Assembly: GCF_036588685.1 (NCBI RefSeq)
Contig: NC_086375.1
Coordinates: 77,748,001-77,812,000, forward strand
Length of the DNA stretch: 64,000 bases
Direction of reading: 5' to 3'
DNA from: Mytilus trossulus
Lineage: Eukaryota
Shown here: positions 26,701 to 38,580 of the stretch, in pieces
Layout of the letters: every line of letters starts with the position of its first letter
Numbering within the stretch: the stretch's first letter is position 1
Translations under genes and position numbers: made by a program
The notes under the pieces: generated by a model
Seen by the model: the letters and a program-made list of their open reading frames with translations, nothing else
Databases searched by the model: none
What the model was told of the DNA's origin: nothing

Positions 26701-28667
26701 TTCTGAATGCGCAGACAGACATCTCTCCAGGGCAGTCAGAGATTCCACTAACATCGTCTATGATGCCAAGTGGACTATCTTCAATAGTTTGTGTATTGAG
26801 AAGGAAATTGATCCTTTCCACATTTCTGTACAACAACTAGCAGACTTTCTGATCCACCTTTTTGAAGAGAAAGGATTATCTCCCTCTTCTATTAAAGGCT
26901 ATAGATCAGCTATTTCTAGGACGATTCAACTGTCTGGAGGTCCAGACTTTGGTAATGGTGAATATTCATTTCTCTTTTAGTTAAGAATTTCACTCTTGAA
27001 CGCCCTAGACAGAGAGTTTTAATCCCGTCTTGGAATTTGAGTCTTGTTTTATCAGCTTTAAAAAAAACATCCTTTTAAACCTGCGGAAAAGGTTGAAATC
27101 AAGTTTTTGTCGTATAAGTGTTGTTTCCTTCTTGCCTTGGCCTCTGGTAGAAGAAGAAGTGAAATGCATGCTTTTTCCATTGCTGACTACTGCCTTCGTT
27201 TTAATAGGGATAAGTCATCTGTTACCCTTTTAACGGATCCAGCTTTTTTTAGCCAAAAATCAAATTCCTGGTAGAGGTTCAGAACCGATAGTGATTCCAG
27301 CCCTTCCTGATGATTCAAGTTCTAAAGTACTCTGTGCTATCCGAGTCTTACTTTTATATCTTCAGAGAACTCGAAGTTTCCGCACCTCCTCAAATTCCAG
27401 GTTATTTATTCCTATTAACCAAGGAAAACAAGATTTGTCTGTTAAAACCATTTCAACTTGGATCTGTAAAACTATTCAATTAGCTTACAGTTTTTCTAAT
27501 GAAGAACTTCTGAATAGTATGCATGTTAAAGCCCATGATGTTAGAGCTATTTCTACCTCCTGGGCCCTGTTTAATAATGCTTCTTTATGCCCGCGTCACA
27601 CTGTCCCGATTTTTACGCCGATGGCAACACGATTATGGAAATTTCAAAATCGGGACTGATCGTATCCAGATCGGGCTATTCGTAGTGCCATCTTTAACAA
27701 TCGTAGAACCATCGGCCATTGTTTTAGCGTTCGGGTACAAATTCGGGAAGGGTTCTAAATTTTTTAACATGTTAAAAAATCCCCGAAGGTGCGTCCGATG
27801 TTGAGGGTTCGTATTGAGTTCGTATCACCATCCTCACCATCGTAATGTCACCGGGAATATATCTTTGAACATCGTATTGCATTCGTGTTTCCATCGTTTC
27901 CATCGGGCAGTTTTGACTCTACGATGTCTACACGAATGAATCACGAAGCTACCCGAAGGTCTTACGATGGCAACACGACTTCGTGAAGACCTCGTAATCC
28001 CGTCTTGTTGCCATCGAATAAAAGTACGAAGGCGACTAGATGGAACTACGACGGCAATAAATCCAGCTATATGTAAGTTAATTTTCGCGCTAAAATACAT
28101 TTAAAGTGCCATGCGCGATATGCAGTAGTCAGTGTAATACAACAGTTAAGAAAGACGTTCACAAAACATGGAGCTCATATCATATGATTCTATGAGAACA
28201 AGAAAGGCGACAGCGTTGTTTCTATAGTTCAAATGGAACAAGAAGAGCAGCTATTACAGGCTTAGGATTTACTTTTACAAATAAAATATTATTTTTTGTC
28301 AATTTTTCATATCAAGTAACACAATGAAAATCATAAACGCGCGTCGTACACCAACACTGCAGGTACACGTACATAGGGAAACCAACTTTTTCTTCATTAT
28401 TCTGATTTTTTATGTACCGTCTGAATTGTTGTCACACGAATGTTTACTCCATAATCATTTTGTTTTCTATATTTCATATTTTGCTGCATTTGTTGCTTTC
28501 CCCACATCCTTCCTTTTGTCTATATTATTATAATCTTCTCCTGGAAAGAGCTCTTTTTGAATAAAAGGGATCAACGAACCCATTACCTTACCTTTAAGAG
28601 AGTTCAGTAAACATGCATATAATTATGGGTGATTATTCAGACTAGTGCACACATTTTACCGTCGTTC

Positions 28668-31050
28668 AAACAAGGCAATGCCGAGCGTTGAATCCCCTCG
28701 TATGTAACATATTGGGGACAAATATGGACACTATATTTGTATATGATACATGCAGAAAAAGGTAAATTGAATATGCATGTTTGATACATAAACTACTTTT
28801 TTTAAGAAATCAACCAAAACATTCAGTAACTGGAAATACCTTTAATATTTTCTTTAGAACCAGCAAGTAAACTAGAGGCTCTAAAGAGCCTATGTCGCTC
28901 ACCTTGGTATATGTGAATTAAACAAAGGAAGCAGACAGTTCATGACAAAATTGTGTTTAGGTGATTGTGATGTGTTTGTACATCTTACTTTACTGAACAG
29001 TCTTGCTGCTTACAATTATCTCTATCTATAATGAACTTTTCGTGTAGTTTCAGTGGAAAATGTTAGTAAAAATTTACAAATTTTATGAAAATTGTTAAAA
29101 ATTTATTATAAAGGACAATAACTTCTTAGGGGGTCAATTGACCATTTTGGTCATTTTGACTTATGTTTTAGTCTTAAATTGCTGTACATTATTGCTGTTT
29201 ACAGTTTATCTCTATCTATAACAATATTCAAGATAATAACCCAAAACAGCAAAATTTCTGTGAAATTACCAATTTAGGGGCAGCAACCTAACAACAAGTT
29301 GTCGGATTCATCTAAAAATGTATGGGCAGATAGATCTTGACCAGATAAATAATTTTACCCCCATGTCAGATTTGCTCTAAATCCTTTGGTTTTTGAGTTA
29401 TAAGCCAAAAACTGCATTTTACCCCTATGTTCTATTTTTAGCCGTAGCGGCCATCTTGGTTGGTTTGCCGGGTCACAAAACACAGTTTTTAAACTAAATA
29501 GCCTAATAATGATTCTGGCTATGTTTGGTAAAATTTGGCCCAGTATTTTCAGAGGAGAAGATTTTTGTAAAACATTACTAAGATTTACGAAAAATGGTTA
29601 AAAATGACTATAAAGGACAATAACTCATAAAGGGGTCAACTGACCATTTTGGTCATGTTGACTTATTTGTAAATCTTACTTTGCTGAACATTATTGCTGT
29701 TAACAGTTTATTTCCATCTAAAACAATATTCAAGATAATAACCCAGTTTATCTCTATCTATAACAATATTCAAGATAATAACCCAAAACAGCAAAATTTC
29801 TGTGAAATTACCAATTTAGGGGCAGCAACCTAACAACAAGTTGTCGGATTCATCTAAAAATTTCAGGGCAGATAGATCTTGACCAGATAAACAATTTCAC
29901 CCCCATGTCAGATTTGCTCTAAATCCTTTGGTTTTTGAGTTATAAGCCAAAAACTGCATTTTACCCCTATGTTCTATTTTTAGCCGTAGCGGCCATCTTG
30001 GTTGGTTTGCCGGGTCACAAAACACAGTTTTTAAACTAAATAGCCTAATAATGATTCTGGCTATGTTTGGTAAAATTTGGCCCAGTAGTTTCAGAGGAGA
30101 AGATTTTTGTAAAACATTACTAAGATTTACGAAAAATGGTTAAAAATGACTATAAAGGGCAATAACTCATTAAGGGGTCAACTGACCATTTTGGTCATGT
30201 TGACTTATTTGTAAATCTTACTTTGCTGAACATTATTGCTATTAACAGTTTATTTCCATCTAAAACAATATTCAAGATAATAACCAAAACAGTAACATTT
30301 CCTTAGAATTACCAATTTAGAGGCAGCAACCCAACAACGGGTTGTCTGATTCATCTGAATATTTCAGGGCAGATAGATCTTGACCTGATAAACAAATAAA
30401 CCCCATGTCAGATTTGCTCTAAATGCTTTGGTTTTTGAGTTATAAGCCAAAAACTGCATTTTACCCCTATGGTCTATTTTAAGCCATGGCGGCCATCTTG
30501 GTTGGTCGGCCGGAGCGAAAAACACATTTTTTGAAGCAAGATAAATCAATGATGATTGTGGCCAAGTTTGGTTTAATTTGGCCTAGTAGTTTCAGAGGAG
30601 AAGATTTTTGTAAAAGTTAACGACGACGGACGACGACAGACGACGGACGACGGACGCCAAGTGATGAGAAAAGCTCACTCGGCCTTTTAGGCCAGGTGAG
30701 CTAAAAAATGATCAACCAATTTCCTGTGTATTATGCTATTTCAAGGAGAAAAAACAAGTTCATCTGCATGATCTTGACCTTTGGCCTTGAACGTAAAATC
30801 TGTCCGATCATTACAAGGAGGAACAATATACCAAATGTGGTTAAAATCTTTTGAAGCATATTGGTTTTAGAGTGTCCACAACCTGGTGATATTGCCTTGT
30901 ATTACAACTGCCACTGTGACATTGACCTTTGAACTTTAAAGTCAATAGCGCTCAAGAGTACATACCAAGTTTTGAGCATTTTGGCACTAGAGTATCCATA
31001 ACAATTTTATCTACACGCAACTTACATGTAGTGTGCGAGGGGATAATAAA
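28668..31050 (-). mobile_element. Helentron-associated (HINE/DINE-like) non-autonomous element A, nested in the Harbinger MITE
   Basis: Minus strand starts tttattatcccctcg and ends cgaggggattcaacgctcggcattgccttgttt (subterminal inverted repeat tcccctcg/cgagggga, T-run ends). Confidence 0.6.
28869..30708 (-). mobile_element. Helentron-associated (HINE/DINE-like) element B with an internal ~500 bp tandem array
   Basis: Minus strand: ttttagctcacctggcc...ggccgagtgagct, (GTC/CGTC)n microsatellite at 30620-30657, about 3 tandem units (gggtca anchors at 29131, 29633, 30175), then ccaaggtgagcg, hairpin aggctctttagagcct and ctagttt. Confidence 0.85.
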
Positions 31051-31134
31051 CTAAGTTTTATAAGAATTAGACAAAAAGATCGATTTATCGTAAGCTGCAC
31101 ACGACGTCTTTTAGACATCGTATGGCCATCGCGC

Positions 31135-31225
31135 CATCATCGTAATCCATCATGTAGCCTTCGTAATCCATCGCGAAGCCTTCGTAATCCATCGTGTAGC
31201 CTTCGTGATCCATCGTGTAGGCTTC
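31135..31225. repeat. 21-bp minisatellite (~4 copies) in the Harbinger subterminal region
   Basis: Unit cttcgtaatccatcgtgtagc. Confidence 0.85.
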
Positions 31226-31638
31226 GGCTGAGATATGAAGCTTAAATACCAGTCTTCGGTTAACCTTCGTATGTCCATCTTTTGCTATCGTATATAATTT
31301 CGGCACCATCATATAGACTTCGTTATTCATCGTACTTGCTTCGGTCACTTTTTGGTATTTTAACGAGATCGGGACCAACTTCGTACGAACTTACAATTTT
31401 CGCATTCGGGTGTCCATCGTATATAAAAATCGGGACAGTGTGACGCGGGCATTAGAGGAAGTCTTATCTGCAGGTTTCTGGAGAACTGAAAATTCTTTCA
31501 TTTCTCATTATCTGCAGTCTTTAGCTACTCAAGCTCAGAGTTTGTACTCCTTAGGACCTTTAGTTTCCACACAAAGAGTTGTGTTCCTCCTGCATCTTCT
31601 GGTTCAGGGGATTCAGCTTTGTGTTAGATTCTATATTT

Positions 31639-31737
31639 CACTCAGAATTTATGATGGTAACGTATTTATTGACATAAAATTGTACATGTTTAAAGTAAAA
31701 TGAGATTGTATTAAATAAATACTTACCATCATAAATT
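31639..31737 (+). other. DIRS internal complementary region (ICR)
   Basis: The first half is the reverse complement of the left terminus (23182-23223). The second half is the reverse complement of the right terminus (31914-31970), with 2 mismatches. Confidence 0.9.
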
Positions 31738-32032
31738 AAAGGTCCCTCTCCTTCCTCCCCTGTTTTTTCCTATGTCTTCTTGTTTACGTTGGAAAATTAA
31801 ATGGATGATATAAAGGCATGGTTATACGGGCACTGGTCATCCCTCTTCTCATTGGATGATATTTTTGTTTGGGGTTTTCCGCCTGTCAGACTTGCGCAGA
31901 TGGATGCACTCAGAATTTATGATGGTAAGTATTTATTTAATAAAATCTCATTTTACTTTAAAAATGTACAATTTTACCTCATACGCATCACTGGCACTGA
32001 AATACATTATAATTAATGTATATATATACCCG

Positions 32033-32704
32033 GGGTGGTGTTCTCGAAGCTATCTTAGGATTAGGACGTGTCCTAAGTCTATCTTATGACAAGTCTTTGT
32101 CCTTAGTCGTGTTCTCGGAGCTCTCTTAACTTATGATATATCTCATTTTTCGTCCTAACTTTAGGACACCCAATAAGGTGTCTTAAAAGCATCCTTTCTT
32201 CATCCTAGTGTAATAATGTTTGGATTTCGCTTTTGGCTCATTATTTTACGTGAAAATGAACATGAAATGAAACGCACCATCGGTCATAAACTCGTATATA
32301 AAGAAATTGTGCATGATTTTAAACTTTGAACTTCGTGTTTCACGATACGATTACACTACAAATTTAATTCTCATTTCAAAACAAATTGTTTTCGAGTTTA
32401 AATAACACTCCTTTTTGATATACTTACATTGGTAATCATGCATTTAATTCTGTACATGTTATTATAAAATTCGTAAACAATTTTGTTAAATAATTTCGTC
32501 ATTAATAAATGTTTTATCAAAAAATTACTTTAACGATTTAAAATTTCGACTTAGGAAATGTTTAGGACGTCCTAACATAAGATTCGTCTGAGAGAGCTTC
32601 GAGACACAACTTAAGAGTGTCCTAAGTCGATCTTAAGTCTATCCTAAAATCGGTCTTATCTATGACTTAGGACGAATCTTAGGATACCTTCGAGAACACC
32701 GCCC
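32033..32704. mobile_element. Harbinger-like MITE (672 bp)
   Basis: TIR gggtggtgttctcgaag / cttcgagaacaccgccc; CCG duplication at 32030-32032 and 32705-32707; cttagga/cctaag subterminal motifs. Confidence 0.8.
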
Positions 32705-33012
32705 CCGGTTCACTGACTTACATTATACATGTGTTGATTTAAACGTAAAAACTATATATTTGATTACAAAACAATAATAGTTAAAGCTAAAATTTGAAAT
32801 TATTGAATAATGTGAATGAACAAAAGTTGAAATGATTATGTGACTTACGTATGGATTATAAAAGTATAAAGCACATGTGGTGAGTACTGGGGCCGTATGC
32901 ATAAAACATCTTAACTTAAGTATTCCTTAAACTTAGATTTCACTAAGAATTTCCTTAGTTAAGTCAAATTCTTAAATGGTATGCAAAAACTTACTTTAAA
33001 AGTCTTCACTAA

Positions 33013-35175
33013 AGCCTCAGTCACACTGTCACGTTTCGACAGCTAGGTTTTAGTACGTGTAGAAATGCTACGTTTCATGGCTTTTTTTTTGTCATTATTA
33101 ACGGTCCGTACGTTTAACTAGGTTTACGCCACGTTTTGATACGTTCTTCTACGTATTGTTTCGTTTTGTTACGATTTGCTAGGTTATTTTATAACTACAA
33201 AGTGTACGTTCTACTAGGTTTTAATACGCTTCAGTACGTATAAACTACGTTTTACTACGGTTTACTACGTTTCACTACGTATTACTAGGGTTTAGTACGT
33301 TTCTAAATCGGTTCAAGTGCGCTTTTGCACGATTTCCTACGATTTAGCAAGTTTATTGCACGCAGTATCACGTGTCACTACGCTGTGATCACTTATCATG
33401 AAACGGCATCATTATTCAATAAAATTTAGAAAGGACAGAGATTCAAAGAGGGAGCAGAGGAACTAAAACAAATCTGGAGACATTAATAGAGGTACACTTT
33501 ATAATTATTAATACATCTGTCATTGTAATTAAATTATTTTGTTCCCATTTTATGGTCTAAAAATTTAGATTTTTTGTACTCAAAAGAAAGATTTTATTGT
33601 TTTTTCTTTCAGATAAGATTTTTGTTGAGTGGATACATGAATCACGAAAAAACATTTAAAGCTTTGGTTAGAACATTGTCAATGCTTTCCCTTTTATAAT
33701 AATTGCTCTTTTGAAATATTCTACGTTGCACATTGTCCGTTTTAAATCCAATTTTCCTCTTACCGGTATTTGATTTATCTTTTAGTGTGTTTCAAACCAG
33801 ACCGTTCTGATGAGGACCAGAGGCAGAGGAAGGGGTCGTGGTTGGCGTGGCAGAGGCCGCATAGTTAGTGTGGCGCCTGAGACTGAAACAACTAATACAC
33901 AAGAAACAAATGAGCAAACACAAAATAGTGATACTGAACAGCCAGCTAATACCAATAAAGAGAAGCGCAAAAGAAGCAAGCCATTAGAAATACCACAAGA
34001 AAAGCAGGATGAGGTGGCAGATTGGTATAGAGAAAACGAACCTCTATACAACAAAGGTACATGTATTTATTTGCTATAATTTAAAATATTAATACGGAGA
34101 ATAAATGTCAAAAGATGTTAACCCCACCAGTAGACATAGATAAACTTACAGCATGGTCTTTATATTTAAAAATCAATGTGACCGATTTTTTTCTTCTCTT
34201 TCAGCTCATTATCAGTACAAAGATACTGCTCTCAAAAATACACGATGGCAAGCAAAAGCTAATGAGCTAGGGGTAGAGGATTGGAAGACTCTCAGGACAT
34301 GAGTTGAGTCAATGAGATCTCAGCTCGGAAGACTGACACGAGAAGGCAATAAATCTGGTTCAGGGAGAAAAGATGATACTCAAAGAGACAAATGGATCAA
34401 AGAAAAATTGGGCTTCTTGGGTCCACATATTGCCAGAATAGAAACCAGAGGAGGAATAAACGTGTGCAATACAGTTGTCTATTACTTAATATTTCAGTTC
34501 ACTTTTTTTTTACCTTTTATTGTTATTTCCTTTGTTGAATTCCCGTACCTTTTTTCTTTTTCTAAATGGTACTTAATGTTCTGTTTCTACGAAATTCATT
34601 TTACAGCTGTTTCATTTCAAAAGTTTGACTTTATCTCGATATATCTTGTATATATACACAAATAATGTTCCGATTATGTCTGAATATTTCAGCTGAAAGA
34701 GAAACTCTAGGCAAAATACGGAACAGAAGAAGGTAATCATGCGTAGTAATACGCATCGATACGTAATAATGCCTAGAATAACGTGATGAAACCTATTAAT
34801 GCGTACCATGAAGCGTAATATACCGTACAAAAACCTAATGCAACGTGGCAGATACGTACTTAAACGTAATAAAACCTAGTGATTATAATCAAATACGTTT
34901 TAGAACGTATCAGGTGCGTTTCTAATACGCATTTCTACGTTCCTTCTACGTTTTACTGCGCTTTTCTACGTTAGTACTACGTTTTCATTTTTAGTCACGT
35001 TTGTATTGTGCAGACCAATACAAACGGCACCGATCACGTATCAATCTACGCATAACTACGTATATAGCCGTTTTAAGTACGGATCGATACGATTCACTAC
35101 GGATATTGCCGTTTCGCTACGTTTTGAAAACGTAGCAAAACGGGATAGCCGAAACGTGACAGTGTGACTGGGGCT
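33013..35175 (+). mobile_element. Harbinger deletion derivative retaining the MADF/Myb-SANT gene
   Basis: TIR agcctcagtcacactgtcacgtttcg / cgaaacgtgacagtgtgactggggct; TWA flanks; dense TACG/CTAG motif arrays at both ends; no transposase seen. Confidence 0.85.
33810..34461 (+). pseudogene. MADF (Myb/SANT-like) DNA-binding protein of the Harbinger element, two exons, premature stop
   Basis: Exons 33810-34056 and 34205-34461: RG-rich N-terminus, VADWYRENEPLYNK|AHYQYKD..K..RW..KANELG...LRT*VESMRS...KSGSG...RDKWI...FL..HI. TGA at 34300-34302 sits where a Trp is expected. Confidence 0.8.
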
Positions 35176-38100
35176 TTAACTAAGGAATACTTAAATCGGA
35201 ACCTTTCTCTAGTTACCGTATGATATATATTAGCTCATCACATGTACTCATGCGTCTTAAAGTTTGTTATGATTATTTAAATTTAATGATCAATGCATGC
35301 TTTTATTTTAAAGAGCTTGGGTTACATTGATATAGGTATGTGAAACAATTCAATCATGATAATGTAACATAGTATCATGATGAACAATTGGCGTATATAT
35401 GACAACGATTTTTATGGTTGATGTTTTGACGGATGAGCATTGGAAGAAAAATATTTCGGTAATCCAAAATTTTCCTCTACTTAATCTTTAATTATCTTTC
35501 ATGGGTGTATTTTTTTTCTGGAGACAACACTATGTCTTATAAAACATTATCAAGGTTTCAGTGGCGTAGCACAAGACTGAGTGTAGCATTGTAAGCATAT
35601 GCTAACAAATAATTTTACAAAGCATTTTTTTTAATAAAATGTTCACTTAATCGTTCAGCTTATTATGCTCTGCCATCTCCCTTCCCAGACCTCTTGTTTA
35701 CATATGCTTATGGTTTAAAAAAATCTATTTTGATGTGAAATTAAAATTTCTATCACTTGTCTTTTACAACAAAAAAAGGGGGAGGGTAGATTTTTTTTCT
35801 CCAGAAATCCATATACCAACTTGGATAATTTTCAAAAGTCCTACGATCTTTACTAAAACAAATTATTACAGGAAACATATTCTCCACATCTTAGCGTACT
35901 TAGCAATATTTTCAAAATTGCAATATATTTCACTGAATACTATATAAGGTTATATGAAAAAATAATTCAATACGAGTAAGGTATCATACATACCTTTTTA
36001 TAACCGATGAATTTCATGGGGACTTCTGACTGCCGTAACAGTGATTCTAAACAATTAATCTAATTGTTTCAACAAAATTGAGGCCCATGCCCCCCCCCTT
36101 TATGAAAGTCTTAAAACTTTTCAATTTGTCCCTGTAAGTGATTTTCTTTAAGGGCCCTTCATCTTTAGAATAAAACTGAATTGAAAATTAAAATGACACC
36201 CCCCCCTCCATACACATACAAAAGAAACCCCACACTCATACATAAAATTGGGTTTTGCATGCTCTCTCCTCATTCCTTGATTCGGGTTTAACTAACGGTT
36301 ACAATTGATACCCTGCGGTGTATTTTAACCATTTAAAAAACGTGCACGTACAGAGTAAACAAAAGAAAAATAGTAACATGAATTACATGTGTGTAAAAAC
36401 TGAGTACTTTTCGGTATACACAAGAACCAGATCGGGAAGTAGAATATATATATATATATACCCACTGTTATCTCTTGATTTAGTGAGTATACATGATTTG
36501 AAGAGAATAACGATGATCTTTAATATTTACTTATTTTTTAGCAATAAATAAACGAAAAAATTAGTATTATTACTGATATATACATTAATCAATCAAAAAC
36601 GCAAACTTTCGACTGATTTTTAACTATTTTTGAAAATTTAAGGTAACTCTATAGGTAACTTAGACTTAAGTGTTATCTTATGCGTTTCCTATGTATAAGG
36701 AGTTTTATGCATTCCACTTAAGTTTTGTGGGCGTGCCTTAAAACAACTAAGATTTTTCTTAGGAAATACTTAGTTTAAGATTTTTTATGCATACCACTTA
36801 GATAAAAAGGGCGGAGTTTCCTTAACTTAAGTGTTTACTAAGGAAAATCTTAACTTAAGTAGCTTTATGCATACGGGCCCAGATGTATAAGAAACGTGAT
36901 GCGTGAATTTACTTATATACATATCAATATGCACAGACATAGATTCAAATAGCAATTACAGTACAAATATTTCTTTCTGTAAAAAAAACCCAAAAACAGT
37001 ACCAAACAAACATATTGTTCCCTGCGTTCTTCCTAAGATATAGTATCATTATAACATATGGAATTAAACACACCTTTAGTTTAGTGCAGTTGAACTAAAA
37101 ATATCTACCTGCATATATCCGATAAAGAGTTCAATTTTTAATCTACATATATATTTTATTTCTTACCGTAGTAAAAGTAGTTTTAATTCATTTTTCATAT
37201 GCAATTTTAAACAAAGCCTGTATAGACTGCATACTCAGTTTATTTTTTTCGAATTTGCATGTATTACGTATTTCCCAAATAGTCCATTTAAAATAAAGAA
37301 TTATTGCGTAAACAATTATATTATTCGAATTGTCTAAACAGATTCCTTTTAGAATATCTTTTTTCAACGAGTGCATCTTTATTTATTAAGTTACACAGAT
37401 CAAAAGATTAACGCGATCAAATTAAAGACAAGCATAAGTACACAAGACATAATTAGAAAACTTAAGACTGAGCACCACCACGAACCAGACCAAAAACCGG
37501 GGTAACATATTTTACGAAAAAAAAGCTCGAATGTGGTTAAATAGTTATAAGAAGATGTGGTCCGACCAAGTTAAAATTTGTAAAAATAAACCATTCAAGT
37601 ACGGTCTTCAACACGAAGCCTTGGCTCATATCGAAAAGCAAGATGTAAAGGGCACAAACAAATAAGTGCAAACCCATTCTTCTTCTTCTTCCAAATCTTC
37701 ACATCCTTTGTAGGACAACCACACCGTTAAGGCATGTAAAACAAAACCCACCACCATACAAGTAGGAATATATATACACTATAATTCGGATAGTTCCATC
37801 CTCCACCGCTATATACAGGATCACTTTTGTAGTTTCGCATATATCTTGTTGTATGTATTCTTAGTTGCGTTTAAAATTGTTAGGCTAGTTACCGGACATA
37901 TATACAATGGGATTATATATGTTTACGTAGTAAAATAGTTCATTCTTAAGAGACAATGTAGTAAAATAGTTCATTCTTAAAAGACAATGTTGTAAAATAA
38001 GTTGCTACACTCAATTTCGCACTGATAAAAAGAATAATAGATTTGCAGCAGTAAAATGTAAAATAGTTCGCCTTTCGTGATATGATAAAAAGATCTAAAA

Positions 38101-38580
38101 GTTAAAAGAAAATCACTTTCTTTCCTTTTCATATACTTAAAGTTGATTAAAATGTTCATATTGCCTAAAAACTTAATCCACGCATAGAAATAGACAATTT
38201 CACATCATAAAATATAAAACAGGATTTTTAAGATTTCGTTGCATCTATATATTAGCACTTTGTGCGACGTTTACGATCTAGGCACGCACTGTAATGTAAC
38301 AGCAATTGTCATATGTTTATTAATATAGTTCTAAACGCTTGTCTTTAAAAGGTAAAAGATTTTATCTCACATCTATATTGGCACCGGCACACCCATATTA
38401 CGTATTTGTTGCAGCAATCTGCATAATGTTCATTGTAAATATGGTCAAATTACACCCATGAATTCCGAAGCGTTTGAAATTAACATGTTATACAGTGAGC
38501 TCGACTTATTTGAAATTGGCTGCCCTACACACCCAGACCCAACCCTACCATAAACCCTGATCAAATCATCTTCCAATCAG

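Larger units (their letters stand above)
27588..31451. mobile_element. Non-autonomous PIF/Harbinger-type DNA transposon inserted in the DIRS YR gene
   Basis: 28-bp TIR tgcccgcgtcacactgtcccgattttta / taaaaatcgggacagtgtgacgcgggca; TTA target duplication at 27585-27587 and 31452-31454; CATCG/TCGT-rich subterminal regions. Confidence 0.88.
26680..31590 (+). pseudogene. DIRS tyrosine recombinase, split by the insertion at 27588-31454
   Basis: SIKGYRSAI, LALASGRRRSE (first catalytic R), HDVR, then after the insert EEVLSAGFWRTENSFISHY (W and catalytic Y). Removing the insert gives NASL|EEVL in frame. Confidence 0.9.
23182..31976 (+). mobile_element. DIRS1-type tyrosine-recombinase retrotransposon, full length but defective, with nested insertions
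   Basis: Inverted terminal repeats at ~23192-23338 and ~31791-31937; internal complementary region 31639-31737; gag-like, RT, RNase H, MTase-like and YR coding remnants in the expected order. Confidence 0.93.
32890..36879. mobile_element. Harbinger-like non-autonomous element with CWG flanks, containing a nested Harbinger
   Basis: TIR gggccgtatgcataaa / tttatgcatacgggcc; flanks CTG and CAG; cttaag/ctaag arrays at both ends. Confidence 0.8.
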
